A stretch of 64,000 nt of DNA, from the NCBI GenBank assembly GCA_000004985.1, contig GG738854.1. One strand, written 5' to 3'. Shown here piece by piece: positions 63,072 to 64,000 of the stretch (positions are counted from its first letter, which is position 1; every line of letters starts with the position of its first letter). The translations under genes were made by a program, and so were the position numbers. Origin of the DNA: Naegleria gruberi (taxonomy: Eukaryota). The notes under the pieces are model-generated. The model searched no databases. It was not told where the DNA came from and saw nothing but the letters and a program-made list of their open reading frames with translations.

Positions 63072-64000
63072 ATGGCGGTTGGGTTCCTAGTGTTGTTAAC
63101 AACAATATCTTGCCAAATTCAGTCCGATGATTTTATATCTACTGCTCCATTAGAAATACCAAACCTTCTGCCTTCCACTTCATCATTTGTAACATATGTG
63201 TATTTGATAGATGAGGAGTTATATAAGGAGTGTACCAATATTACCACATCAACAGGTTTGTAATTTAAAGATCAATTATCCTTAGTCTTTTTTCATAGTT
63301 AAAAGGTTTTCGTGTCCGAGTATTTACAAATCCATTATGCATTTGAATAAGGAAGTAGGTGGTGAAATTATGATGAGAGATATAAAGTTAGTTCTCAAAA
63401 TTGGACGAGTAACAAGTTGTGAGGTTGCTCCTCTCATGGTTCAGACTTTCATTACAATAATTATTGAAAATTTAGAAGAGGATTCATACGGAACAATATC
63501 ATGTTCTTCGAGTAGAAATCCATCATCTATTATTCCTGATGAAACTCTCCTCCAATTCGTCATTTTGAAAAACATGAGGATGGAATATGTGGAAATTGGA
63601 CTATCCTTTCCATCAGAGGTTAGAATACGTCATTGTTACTTTATTAATTCAAAAATAAGTATTAGGAAGGATGAAAGAATGATGTTTTATGATACTCTTA
63701 AAGTGGAAATAAGTGGAGTAACTTCTCTGCAGAGTTATTTCACATTTTTTAAAGTGGACAAACTTCATTTGAGTAATGTTGCTATTGTTAAAGGAAAAAC
63801 AGATACATTTTCTGTTACCAAAAATGGATGGGATTTCAAAGGAGTTAAGGATGTTCTTCTTGAGGATTGTGTAATTAAGGATGTATTGAGAGTTTTGGAG
63901 GGAACAAATACAAATATTACAACTTCATCATTTGAGGGAGACTCATCACTCTATATTTCTCAATCTGACAATCTATTTATTTCCCAAACATTATTCTCTG
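63072..64000 (+). CDS. secreted protein, partial (3' end beyond window). Exon 1 63072..63255 (signal peptide MAVGFLVLLTTISCQIQS), 43-nt intron (GTTTGT...CATAG), exon 2 63299..>64000. Not in the supplied ORF track
   Basis: Exon 1 ends ACAG|GTTTGT in phase 1. Exon 2 begins TT AAA AGG and the frame stays open for more than 230 codons to the window edge (VKRFSCPSIYKSIMHLNKEVGGEIMMRDIKLVLKIG...SLYISQSDNLFISQTLFS). The track ORF 62922..63263 covers exon 1 only. Confidence 0.4.

Noticed and set aside
1-64000. Prokaryotic reading of the window (operons, CRISPR arrays, defence islands)
   Set aside because: There are no direct-repeat/spacer arrays and no Shine-Dalgarno-linked gene strings. Spliceosomal introns, nuclear-type tRNAs with pol III T-run terminators and eukaryote-specific families (F-box, RGS, Sec14, L21e, Rho-CAAX) show this is nuclear eukaryotic DNA.

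Overview
This window reads as an AT-rich (about 28-30% GC), gene-dense eukaryotic nuclear segment, not a prokaryotic one. Evidence in the sequence: long single-exon ORFs mixed with spliced genes, introns in two size classes (about 38-50 nt and about 77-130 nt) with GT..AG boundaries, three nuclear-type tRNA genes followed by T-run pol III terminators, cytosolic ribosomal protein L21e, and nuclear genes for mitochondrial proteins (Twinkle-type primase-helicase, Rieske Fe-S protein). The Dictyostelium-style EGF repeats (CxxGxGxC...CxCxxG[FY]xGxxC) point to an amoebozoan or dictyostelid-like genome, but I cannot name a species.

I can support about 30 protein-coding genes on both strands. I resolved the splice structures of nine of them by hand. 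Among the products are a giant adhesion-GPCR-like receptor (about 35 EGF repeats, a GPS motif, 7TM), a GBP-like large GTPase, a 7TM-RGS protein, and an ankyrin-hemerythrin protein. There are also a Sec14/CRAL-TRIO protein, an NmrA-like protein, an EEF2KMT-like lysine methyltransferase, a TRIC-like channel, and at least five F-box proteins. One F-box gene is fused to an atypical, probably GTPase-dead Rho GTPase with a CAAX box. The window further contains a secreted papain-fold (C39/CHAP-like) peptidase, a Pmp-like GGA/FxxN beta-helix gene, an ARF GTPase pseudogene abutting a tRNA-Lys gene, and two DUF4116-like repeat paralogues.

I found no CRISPR array, operon structure or recognisable transposon. 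Coordinates of hand-resolved exon boundaries should be treated as +/- a few nt. The ORF track's M starts are often TTG or GTG, so I re-derived ATG starts where I could.
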